DNA of 64,000 nt from Chrysomallon squamiferum (Eukaryota > Animalia > Mollusca), in contig CM022673.1 of NCBI GenBank assembly GCA_012295275.1, forward strand, positions 17,980,001 to 18,044,000, read 5' to 3'. Positions 46,053-58,129 of this stretch are shown here, one piece after another. Under the pieces are notes generated by a model. That model was not told the origin of the DNA. It saw only the letters and a program-made list of their open reading frames with translations, and ran no database searches. Numbering within the stretch: position 1 is the stretch's first letter; each line of letters starts with the position of its first letter. The position numbers and the translations under genes are program-made.

Positions 46053-48200
46053 ATTTCAGCCTGACCCTACAGAAAATACAAACTCACTGAGAGCTTTAGA
46101 TATAAAATTGGATGATGAGGTGAGTTATTTTAATGTAACAAACATTCAGATTTATACATGACAACAAATCTTCTAACAAACCATTGTAGTTTCTGCTGGC
46201 CATTAACTTAAACTGCCAAACATTATTTTTAATTCATTTCTTCTAAAGTAATTATATAAAACACTTTTTTTCCAAAGATGTATTAAATGTAAAAATTGGA
46301 TACGGGAAAAAAATTTGATGAACAATTTGACAGCAGACTTTAACTCACTGAACTTAACCATGTCTTGAATGTAAAATAATATTTCAGTGGTTTTGTGGGT
46401 TACTCCTGTTATTCAAACATTGTGGTATATGCTTTCCAGTCTCTGGCAACTGTATAAAAAAACAGTCAAGTCAAGTAAAAATGTACTGGATGGACCCAGC
46501 ATATTTCCTCTCTCATATCATCATTACATCCTAATGTCTACCTTGCAAAAATTATTAGTAGTGAAATCCCCAATTTCGTTAACTTTATTTAGTGGAACCA
46601 GTTTATTTTCTCTGACACATCTTCATCAAATACTAATATTTACCTTGTAATATTAATTAATAGTGAAATGTTTGATTTCATTAATCCCCACACAGAAAAA
46701 CAACAAAATTACCAAAATAATATACATTTTGCTAGCTTAGACGAGATTTATAGAATTAACATAATTGTTTTTAATTAATTTTTCTTTTAATATTTATATT
46801 TACATGACAAACAAAGAAATATATCTAGACCTATATGCATCTGCCAATATATATATTGAAACAGATTAATCAGAAATAATGTAAACAATTTACTTTTATA
46901 TATTATTAACACATCTTCCTTTTTATTAAATGCAAACTTAATGTTGATAAAATTATTATTAATTTCTTTTTTTCCCAGGTTTCTTGTGTTCTGGTAGGTT
47001 ATGATCCTTTTCTTAATATTCCTAAAATTGCCAAAGCAGCCAGCTATCTTCAGAATCCTGATGTTCTGTTCCTAGCAACAAACGAAGATAGCCATCTACC
47101 TGTAGCAGGTAGCAGAATTGTTGTACCAGGTGAAAATTCATTCTTATGTCAGTTTGCATTTGAATTAAGAATAAAATGTATTTGTTTAATTTTTAAATAA
47201 TAAAAATAAAAATAATAACTGTAAGATAATTAAGATAATTTTACATTTTCTCTGACTCAAGAACATATTTGTTTCTTTTAATATAATTGAAAAATTATTA
47301 ATGTGAAGTTACTTAACTTTATATAATTTTCAGTGTCTACTGGGTTGTAGGGTTTTTGCAGCAATAGATAACATTAGAAATATCTTAGGCACCTTTCTTT
47401 TTCTTTTTAGATCAGTGTCTGTTTGTTTGCAGTCAGCAACAATTAAACATACCAGTAAATTTTTAACATACCAGATTAACATAGTTTTTATAATTAAGTT
47501 TTAAGATGAGCTGTTTATTCTTACAGGTACAGGAACAATGGTGGCTGCTGTGAAGTGTCCAGCCAGACGGGAACCTACAGTTGTAGGAAAACCAGAGAAG
47601 CTGATGTTTGAAGTTCTGCGTGAAACTCACAAACTAGATCCAAGTCGATGTTGTTTTGTTGGAGACAGGTCAGTGTGTCAGTTAATAATGCACGAAAAAT
47701 TAAGTAAGCAAATAATGAGAAATTAAATAAATAAAATAAAAATACATTCAAATATCATTATAGAATTCAGTTTATTTCTGATTATTTATGAACTTACTCT
47801 GTAAAAAATTAATCGCGTGTATAACCATTTGAGTAAAACATAGAAAAAGTATTATTAAAATAACATGTACAGATGAAACAACTATTTTTAATCAGCTGTG
47901 TCAACTTTAAATCGATGGTCTTGTTTTGATGATGGATTCAGATTCATTCAAAATTTCTAATTTTTACATTTTTGTGTAAATGTTGATATAAATAGGTCTG
48001 ACAGTGTATGTATCTGTGTTTTTTTAATCTGCTACAGGATAAACACAGATATATGTTTGGCAAAAAAGTGTGGTTTGAAATCTCTGCTGGTCCTCAGTGG
48101 TGTGTGTTCATTGTCTGACCTGAGTACAACTCAACACTCAGACCTTCCAGACTTCTACACATCAAGTCTCAAAGATCTCGGAAACTTCATAGACAACTGA
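43935..48200 (+). CDS. PGP: HAD-IIA PGP-like phosphatase, copy 3, 8 exons, 297 aa (possible 30-aa N-terminal extension from 43845)
   Basis: Exons: 43935-44013, 44485-44552, 45195-45287, 45465-45602 (AAG acceptor), 46060-46119, 46979-47129, 47527-47668, 48038-48200. Motifs FDCDGVLW, TNNS, VVPGTG, VGKP, GDRINTDI. Confidence 0.93.
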
Positions 48201-48874
48201 TCATTTCTTAGAACATTATTATAATTATCTACATAGTGTCTATAAAAATCTAGAGTACTAGAAACATTTATTGATGAACAATATATTGTCAAGATAATCA
48301 CTAGCATGTGAGTATCTGATCTGTTGTGTGATTTACACAATTCATTTTACTTTATGATTCTAGATTTATTTTTATACTGTTTAACAATCTGCAAAAAATG
48401 TTTAGTAGTGTTTTTTATTTTTACGTTATGTGTAATTGTTTCTGTCAATTTTTTATATATCTTTATATATTTATAGTTAGGTATGACAGTTTTATTTTAA
48501 AACAAATTATCACAGAAGTGGTTAAGATTGTTTTAAATACAGACATGCAAAGTGATTTGTTAATAAAAAAAGTTTATGATTTATCAGAAAGTTTCTGTTT
48601 ACATTCTTTCATATGATCAAATAATATTATTACTTCAGTTATTTTTAGTTATTTTCTACTTTTGTCGAAGTGATTTTTCGTTCAGGGTTTCAGAAATTTA
48701 ATTTTTATTTATTACATCATTGTTCAATTTGTTCAATAGCAATATTACGAATATAAAAAAATTAAATCAAAAGCACAACCAGCTGTGTTTTTGAGTAAAC
48801 TTTTGTTTTATGTTGTTTTTCAGTAAAACACTTTTTTTCAGCCCATGTTACATCCTGTGTTGTCAAAAGTGTAT

Positions 48875-49040
48875 CCCAGCTAGCACATTTACGTGGCCCA
48901 AAGGTACCCTACATCTACCCTACATCTACCCTGATCTGCCCTGATCTACCCTGATCTGCCCTGATCTACCCTGATCTGCCCTGATCTGGCAAAGATGTGG
49001 GCAACCCTGGGCCACGTAAAACTTAATTTTCTAGCTTGGG
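48875..49040. mobile_element. MITE-like element with imperfect TIRs and an internal 10-11-bp tandem repeat
   Basis: Ends are CCCAGCTAG..TACGTGGCCCA and TGGGCCACGTA..CTAGCTTGGG, with an internal (CCCTGATCT[A/G])n array. No clean TSD. Confidence 0.75.
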
Positions 49041-49749
49041 TATATTTTCTATTTTTTATGTTTAGATTAGTTCTTGTTGCTAGAATGAAAGAATATAAAT
49101 CTAGAAATAGGTTTGTTTTCTATGATTTCACATGCTTTAAAAAAGAAAAAAACCCATACATGTATATATGTAAAATGTGACAAATATAATCATTAACAGA
49201 ACAAAGCCTTTTAAAAAATGTATTTAGTTTTTATTATCTATTTTATAATTAGTTCAGAAAGGATTAATATCACTTCTGTCATTGTTACTGGCACTATTAC
49301 ATTATAATTGTACTAGTAAGAATAATAATCACAATCCCTTGTATTTCATTCATATTGCATGAACGCCACCTTACATTTCACACCTAATGTCTGAACCTCA
49401 TCACCAAGCCTTGCATTTCATATTTAATGTCTTAACCAAACCCTTTCACTTCATGTATGATGTGTGAACCACACAAGTCATCTCAGATTATGTCCTAACC
49501 CTGCTACGTTTGTGTTTATCTTGTACATAATGTGTGAAGGCTACAATTCTGTTTAGTTCATACACTGAGACTGAACAAATGTCAAAGTCCTACTTGCTCA
49601 TTATTCCCACTAACACATTATGAGAAACTATAATTTTGATTTGCAAGATATTTATTTAAATCCACTTTAATCTACCTCAAAAATAACATAAAAGGTCTCC
49701 TGGGATTTATTATTCACAATTATTTCCTTGATATATTTCTACATTTCTA

Positions 49750-50402
49750 CATTTTACTGACAGTGTATTTAATTACATTTGAGTAGATAGTATTTACCAA
49801 GTCTACTTAATGTATTAAACAGACACAAACATGGAAAATTAAAATGGAGAATTATGGATGACTCAATTAGATTTAATACTGAGAGGTTGAAAGAAAAAAT
49901 ATATTTTCTAATTACCTTTCGTTCCTGAAATCTGGATACAAAGTGAGCAGATGGCTCAGACAGTCAGTACACTGTTTAGAAGAAGTTATCTAAATAGATC
50001 AGATATTTGAAAACCATCGTTGCTAGGTTTTTAAGATTTTTTTTTCTTCTTTTTCAGTAGAATTATTATAATACCTTAGTATGTCGAACTTTTTATTTAT
50101 TTATTAGCATTGTTATAATACAGACGTTGTTTTCTTCTCTCGTAAATTTATTTTAGATTATACCACAATATAATTAAATAAGCTTAATAACGTTACATCA
50201 ATTTATTCAGGTTATTCACCAAGTTATTCTCTGTATATCTGCTTTGTTTATATTTTTTTGTTATTGCTTTCGCTTAACGTCTTCTGGTTATTTATTCAGG
50301 TTATTTTTTGCAGCTCTATATTTTGTTTTTTTTTTTTTTTTTGTTTTTGTTTTTGTTTGTTGTTTGTTTTTGTTTTTGGGTTTTTTTTTTTTGCTGCTTT
50401 TT

Positions 50403-50451
<49 letters not shown>

Positions 50452-51070
50452 TAGTTATGTAATTTACTGAGAGGTCGCTTAACGTTTGTCTAGTTTGTCC
50501 ACTCTGTACTCAGATTGATACATCAGTTAAGCGAGATATGATTTTTCTGTTTTAAACTAATTAGCAACACAGAAAGAGATTAAACAAACAGGTAGGTTTG
50601 TTTCTTTAAGTGTCAAGCTGAAATACACTTAGATAAAATGCAAATGTTATAGTACAGATATGAAATAAATCGTCATCTTTCCTAATGACGGGTTCTCTTT
50701 AAAGGACACCATTAAAGGAATCTTTGCGATTCATGATGAACGTAAAACGCGTTTTGAGCGACGTTTTGTTTTCTGTATCATGTTTTTGTTGTTTACTGTT
50801 GTCGTGAACTTTGATCTGTTTATAACTCAATAACACATTTTGTAACATACCGTAGCGAAAAACAACAAGGATGAACGCGCTTGAACGTTTATTATTGTTG
50901 TTGTTTTTGCTGTTGCTTATATAATTTATTCGTACTCTTGAACAACTATTCACGTGGTTGTTCATCAAAATAATGTTATATTCAGTTATTTATTCGCGAT
51001 AGCACGTTTATTTTGAAAAAAAAAATTAGGTACACCGATGTATACAAAATACGCTCACTTTGTAAATAAT

Positions 51071-51119
<49 letters not shown>

Positions 51120-51614
51120 GTAAAATGCGAATATAGGACAAAAATACAGAGGCGGACAAAAGCCTGATTTGCAAGGTAAGATGGGCCCCCACCCATAGAA
51201 AAAAAGAAGAAGCAAACAACAACTTTATTCAAGTGTAATGGCATGATTATTTTTGAAAATTTAATATAATTTCCGAAAATAATATCAAAACTGCAGACGT
51301 CATTGGATAGATAGTATGACTCCATGAAAAAATCATTTCCTGTTTTCTAAAGTTAATTATTAATGGTAGAATATATATATATATATATATTTGTACTGCC
51401 ACTATTTTATATTTGGTTTTCACTGCGGGGGGCTTTTGTCCTACTTTGCATTTCTACTGGATGGTTTATGTCATCTTGTGCATTTTTAGAATTTGAGTTG
51501 CTGTTGTTCTGGGAGGCTTTTGTAAGTTTCCCGTAAAATGCAGCAAAATAAAAACAAGCACAGAGAATAATATAGTCACGTCATGTTTCTCTCAAACTCA
51601 GCTTCGCTTAATTA
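49750..51614 (+). repeat. Left arm of a large inverted duplication
   Basis: Reverse complement of 56153-57947. The ORF track shows mirrored ORFs (50699-50968 minus vs 56769-57038 plus; 50982-51215 minus vs 56540-56755 plus). Confidence 0.96.
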
Positions 51615-54161
51615 CGTTTTCGCTTTTTACGATATTTTCCAAACATTCAGTTGTCAATTTTCCTTATTTCCCTGTTATGTTTTATTAATCTAAACTACAA
51701 GTTGTATCAGTATACTATTTATTACGTATTACTTATGTTTTATTCTAAATTACAAGTTATATCAGTATATTATTTATTATTTTCTGACGTTTTACTATTG
51801 TTCACGGTTGATTATTATTCTAATTATCACAAACTTTCTTTTTAATTGATACAAATTATAGAAGAGTCATTTCAACATTTGTTATCAATTTAAATTACCA
51901 ATTCGGAGGCAGAATCATTGACAGTTTTTGACTATCGCTGTATGGTTCTGACATCCAAATGCATACACTCACCCTTCACCAATACCTCTTCGACTCCCCT
52001 CTCTGTTGTTTTTTGTGTGAGGGTGCTTTATGCATCCGGCCATATGATTGGATGAATATATGTAATGTATGGATGAAGTACATGTTTTATTAAATATATT
52101 ATCACCTGTTTGTGATATTGCTGAGATAGTAATACAGTTGATGATGTATAGGTACTGAACATATTGATGTTTTCAGCTATTATCCATCCATTCATCCAAT
52201 CATCCACCCATCCATCCATCCATTCAACCATCCATCTATTCATGTGTAATTGTATGTTTATGTATGTATGTATCTTATTTTATGATGCCCTCAACATAAA
52301 TACCGCAAATTAAGACAAACATATATATACAGTTACCTTAGTGCAGACTGTTAACACCACTAGTGGACACTCAAAAATGATTTTCTCTTTGGAAAACAAC
52401 GGGAAATAACGTATTTCATATTTCATAATATGACACATTACGTATGTTTGCAAACCTCTGTAAAATATATTTACACCGGTATGTGAAGCTAAAATTGGTA
52501 AAATCATTCATTCGCTATAGATAAAAATAAAATAGGCTTTATGAAAAACACACACACGCACACATAGATACATACATAATCTCGCAGTCAGTATCTTTGA
52601 AAATTCATATCTGTCTTTCTCCTTGTACAACAAACATAGTTTAAGAGCGGGTCTGTAAGCAATTTACAATAGGAGTGTAATTATTAAGAACACACGGACA
52701 AAAACAGGATGGATAAAGAATTACGGTGTACTAGTACATACAAAAGTAACATATAAGCTGAATTTCAGTTGGATAAGATTTATGAAGTTACTTTTGAAAA
52801 GATGTTTGAGATCCTGCTTGAATGTGATAGTGGACTTTATGAAATAAATGTCAAACTGAAGAGAAGACTGAGAAAGGAAATTTGTACTGTGTGACATATG
52901 TTATTATTTATTAGGTATGTAGTTTGTTTGGAGCGAAGTTGCAAACCTAACAAGCTTAATTTTTCGCACTAACACTAATTAAACACACTCATTCCATAAT
53001 CATTTCCAATATTATTACCAAGGCAATGTCACAGCCGCTGAAAAAAATCAAACAAAAAGATGAATATTACTAAATAAACGATCACAAAAAAGAAAGCTAT
53101 TTTTAGATCACAACAGTTGGGGAAACAGAAGTCAAGTCACCGTGGATTTTGTTTTCTCTTTTTGGTTCATCAGAAATTAATAAAATGAACAAAACCGTCT
53201 CAGCTATTGTGCTGAAGACCTTCAACCTACAGTCTGTAACAGATGAATCTAAATACTTTGATGGTTTACTAGCCCAGATGAAGGCACAGTCAGATATCAT
53301 GTGCGTATCAGGCTCCGATATCATTTCAGCCCAAATTTAATCAATTTTGTTGACAAACAAGAACATTTAAACAGAAATCTTGAGCTTCTTGTTGCGGAGA
53401 ATCGTCTTGATCAGTAGCTTTCTGAACTTGCTTCAGTGGCTATGACTTAACGCATGGTTCGGCAGAAAACACGCTCTGGTGGCGTCTCTGAGGTCAAGCC
53501 GTTTGTTGCATAGTTCCCTCAAGCTTTAGTTTTAGTGTATTTTTTGTTAAAAAGATCAAATATTGCATTTCCTGATGATATCTTTTTAAAAAGGGTTTGA
53601 TGTTCGGAAAGAGTCAAAAGATTTTATATACAATTTTACATCAAAGTTTTTTACAGCTTTCGGGTGGCAAACACTTTTATGTTGGAAAAAATAAATAAAG
53701 CTGAGATATTAATCTTTGTTTGGCTGAGTTTGTTTGTATGAAGAAAGCTTCTAGACATAACTTCTAGACGTAAACGCAAAAAGTAGCATATGAATGATGT
53801 TTTGGATAAACGATCTAGATCCATAACGAAATGGTATCTACTTCTGACTGAAGTTAAATTCCTTCTTTTCTTTCAGCTTTTAAAAGAACTCTGTCAGATG
53901 CATTTTCTCGCGGCTTTTATCAGCAATAATAATTGTAATGTTTTACTAGAAATATACTGAATTTACATAACAACTATGTACGTCATATCTCTTGTATTGT
54001 TGTCATGGCAACGTATTTACTTCATTTCCTTGTATTAAATCCTCTTTGTAGATCATTCTCTGCCAGATGTTATAGCAACTCACAGATTATTTTTACAGCT
54101 AAAGAAATGATTTAGTATACACTAAATAGTTTGTGAACGAATAGTTAAAAGTATTACAGAA

Positions 54162-54444
54162 ATGTGCAACATGTCCCCAACTTGGGATGACCAAAATGGA
54201 TGCGGTAATGGAACTGTGGAAATAAACGATACATCACTGGATTCTATTGGCAGTAAGTTTTTCATTTTTATGACTCTTTCTCTAGCTCTCGGTGTTTTTG
54301 CTGTGTGTTTGTGTAATTATAGAGGGAATAACGTTTTGCTATCTTACGGGATCAGCTTTACTTGCGAAGGTAAGAATGGCGAACTGCAGCGAGGACAGAG
54401 CTGATTTCTTAAGACAGTAACCAGTCATTTATAATAATAATAAT

Positions 54445-54492
<48 letters not shown>

Positions 54493-54800
54493 AAAAACTA
54501 AATGAAACTGTTTTATTTCTCAGTTAACTGCTCCTGGCAGCTTTTTGTTTTGTTAAAGCTGTGCATCAAACACATTTTTTTCTTTTAATTTTTGTTTAAC
54601 AAAATAGTTCTTAAATAAAAAAATAAAAAATAAAAATAAAAAAACCCCAACAACCCCCCCAAAATTCAGTAAAACTGTTTTCTGAATTGTCTTTTAAGAC
54701 CTAAACCAATAAATAAACACTAAAGAATTAACATCTTTTTCCGAATATATGGATTTTATAAAGAAAAATGTCCGACTTAGGTTTAAACTGACTTACGACC

Positions 54801-54838
<38 letters not shown>

Positions 54839-55389
54839 GACTTTAATTCCAAAACGATATAAACGCTAAAAAAAAAAAAAAATAAAAAAAAGAAACCCCC
54901 AAAGTCTGTCTACGCCTCTGATCTACACAGTAGACTGTAGACCTTGATTGCAAAACGTTATAAACTTCAGAGCAGAAATAGTCATTTTTCTCAAAACAAA
55001 TAAAATAGAATTAAATGCTTCATATATATGTATATCAAATGAAAAGGTGAATGACATTTCACCGAATGACATTAACAAAAGAACGACTAAGCAATGACAT
55101 CATAATCACCAAGAAAAAATATTTCTTTCTTTTCATCTTTCTTTTTACAGTTATTTATATTAGTCTTTTTATTAATCCTGACATTTCTACTTCGGATTTG
55201 ACATAATATATTTGATATTTCGTTAATACTGTACTTAAAGGAAACAAAAAAAAAAAAAAAAAAAAAAAAAAACAACTAAAAAACCCACTATGAATCTGAG
55301 CATAATGCAGAAGATATTTAAACGTAGCCAACATGGAGAAGAAGAAGAGGAAGACTAAAATCGAGGATGATTATGTAGGCATGTTATAA
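54162..55389 (+). CDS. Candidate orphan single-pass membrane microprotein (2 exons, 89 aa), hypothetical
   Basis: Exon 54162-54369 has an ATG, sequons NGT and NDT, the hydrophobic stretch FFIFMTLSLALGVFAVCLC, and a strong donor AAG|GTAAGA. A phase-compatible exon at 55328-55389 encodes ANMEKKKRKTKIEDDYVGML*, and AATAAA follows at 55468. The acceptor is weak and no homolog was recognised. Confidence 0.35.
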
Positions 55390-55723
55390 AAAAAGCAGAT
55401 GTGATTACAAACCTACAGATATTTCTATAACTGTTTAATTTGGTTAGAAGCATTTCAATAGTTTTGTAATAAAAAAAAAATAAAAACATTTTTCGTTACA
55501 ATTGCAAAGATCGTAGAATGCCTTTAGAAGATTGAAATATCAAACATATTATGTCAAATCCGAAGTAGAAATTTCAGGACTAATATAAATAACTGTAAAA
55601 AGAAAGATGAAAAGAAAGAAATATTTTTTCTTGGTGATTATGATGTCTTTGCTTAGTCGTTCTTTTGTTAATGTCATTCACCTTTTCATTTGGTATACAT
55701 ATGTATATATATATATATGAAGC
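55017..55723. repeat. Nested inverted repeat: arms 55017-55221 and 55534-55723, ~310-bp spacer
   Basis: For example, AATGACATTAACAAAAGAACGACTAAGCAA..AAGAAAAAATATTTCTTTCTTTTCATCTTTCTTTTTACAGTTATTTATATTAGTC is mirrored in the right arm. Weaker similarity extends to about 54975 and 55780. Confidence 0.92.
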
Positions 55724-56152
55724 GTTTCGTTCCAAAACGCTATAAATCCATTTTCTTTATTTTAGAAAAATGTTTATTTCAGTAGACACCTTCTCAGTAA
55801 CATTTGGAAAGGAACAGTTACTGGGATAAGAACCAGCTTTTTAAGTTCAGTTTATAACCAACAAATAGAGAACAGTAGAAATTATTTTGGTGATACAGTA
55901 ACCAGTTCGTATTCTAAAATCATATATCAATGCCGTTGTTAACCCCTGTATGTCATACACCCCATCTGTCACACAGTTTGTAATAAGAAACGTAACGGTT
56001 GAAGCAAAATTTACACTGCAGCTTATTATAAAGTATACTTTGCTGGAATGTTCAGGACTGAATCTGATTTAGAGAAAATTCAGTATCTTTCAGTCGGAAA
56101 ATTCAAACATCGTATGTATTTTAACGAAATCGGTTTCAGCTTTGAGACTTAC

Positions 56153-57296
56153 TAATTAAGCGAAGCTGAGTTTGAGAGAAACATGACGTGACTATATTAT
56201 TCTCTATGCTTGTTTTTACGGGAAACGGACAAAAGCCTCCCAGAACATTAGCAACCCAAATTCCAAAAATGCACAAGATGACATAAACCATCCAGTAGAA
56301 ATGCAAAGTAGGACAAAAGCCCCCCGCAGTGAAAACCAAATATAAAATCGTGACAGTACAAATATATATATATATATATATATTCTACCATTAATAATTA
56401 AGTTTAGAAAACAGGAAATGATTTTTTCATGGAGTCATACTATCTATCCAATGACGTCTGCAGTTTTTGATATTATTTTCGGAAATTATATTAAATTTTC
56501 AAAAATAATCATGCCATTACACTTGAATAAAGTTGTTGTTTGCTTCTTCTTTTTTTCTATGGGTGGGGGCCCATCTTACCTTGCAAATCAGGCTTTTGTC
56601 CGCCTCTGTATTTTTGTCCTATATTCGCATTTTACTTATTATTATTATTATTATTATTATATAGACATTATTTACAAAGTGAGCGTATTTTGTATACATC
56701 GGTGTACCTAATTTTTTTTTTCAAAATAAACGTGCTATCGCGAATAAATAACTGAATATAACATTATTTTGATAAACAACAACGTGAATAGTTGCTCAAG
56801 AGTACGAATAAATTATATAAGCAACAGCAAAAACAACAACAATAATAAACGTTCAAGCGCGTTCATCCTTGTTGTTTTTCGCTACGGTATGTTACAAAAT
56901 GTGTTATTGAGTTATAAACAGATCAAAGTTCACGACAACAGTAAACAACAAAAACATGATACAGAAAACAAAACGTCGCTCAAAACGCGTTTTACGTTCA
57001 TCATGAATCGCAAAGATTCCTTTAATGGTGTTCTTTAAAGAGAACCCGTCATTAGGAAAGATGACGATTTATTTCATATCTGTACTATAACATTTGCATT
57101 TTATCTAAGTGTATTTCAGCTTGACACTTAAAGAAACAAGCCTACCTGTTTGTTTAATCTCTTTCTGTGTTGCTAATTAGTTTAAAACAGAAAAATCATA
57201 TCTCGCTTAACTGATGTATCAATCTGAGTACAGAGTGGTCAAACTAGATAGAGCTTCAGAAGACGTTAAGCGACCTCTCAGTAAATTACATAACTA

Positions 57297-57369
<73 letters not shown>

Positions 57370-57947
57370 CAAAAAGCAGAAAAAAATCAATAACAAAAAC
57401 AAAAACAACAACAACAAAACCCCCAAAACCAACCAACTACAAACAAAGCAGATATACAGAGCTTCAAGAATAACTTGGTGAATAACCTGAATAAATTGAT
57501 GTAACGTTATTAACCTTATTTAATTATATCGTGGTATAATCTAAAATAAATTTACGAGAGAAGAAAACAACGTCTGTATTATAACAATGCTAATAAATAA
57601 ATAAAAAGTTCGACATACTAAGGTATTATAATAATTCTACTGAAAAAGAAGAAAAAAAAATCTTAAAAACCTAGCAACGATGGTTTTCAAATATCTGATC
57701 TATTTAGATAACTTCTTCTAAACAGTGTACTGACTGTCTGAGCCATCTGCTCACTTTGTATCCAGATTTCAGGAACGAAAGGTAATTAGAAAATATATTT
57801 TTTCTTTCAACCTCTCAGTATTAAATCTAATTGAGTCATCCGTAATTCTCCATTTTAATTTTCCATGTTTGTGTCTGTTTAATACATTAAGTAGACTTGG
57901 TAAATACTATCTACTCAAATGTAATTAAATACACTGCCAGTAAAATG
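56153..57947 (-). repeat. Right arm of the large inverted duplication
   Basis: Reverse complement of 49750-51614. It differs in microsatellite lengths, scattered substitutions and several indels. Confidence 0.96.
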
Positions 57948-58129
57948 GTTATAAATTTATGAATAGGAAAATAAAAATTTCGAGTCAAAGGATGGAACAA
58001 TGTGAACATATAACCCTGCATTACTTGCTCTTTTGTATTCTCTTGGTGTATAAAAATACAAGTTCAAATCTCTCATATGCTGTTACCGATATAAATATAT
58101 ATATAGTACCTGAAATTAAAGGAAGTTGA

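Noticed and set aside
32396-48200. PGP triplet as uncollapsed haplotypes or an assembly artefact
   Set aside because: The introns differ in length and largely do not align, and most exons are substantially diverged.
53100-53520. Possible hAT transposase C-terminal remnant (TSETPPERVFC on the minus strand) in the inverted-repeat spacer
   Set aside because: The motif is too short, is followed by a stop, and has no other supporting hAT motifs. It would need a profile HMM search.
56305-56315. AAAGTAGGACA, one mismatch from a ROR element, upstream of BMAL1 (mirrored in the left arm)
   Set aside because: The mismatch is in the AGGTCA core, and the site sits in a locally repeated GGACAAAAGCC motif that looks repeat-derived.
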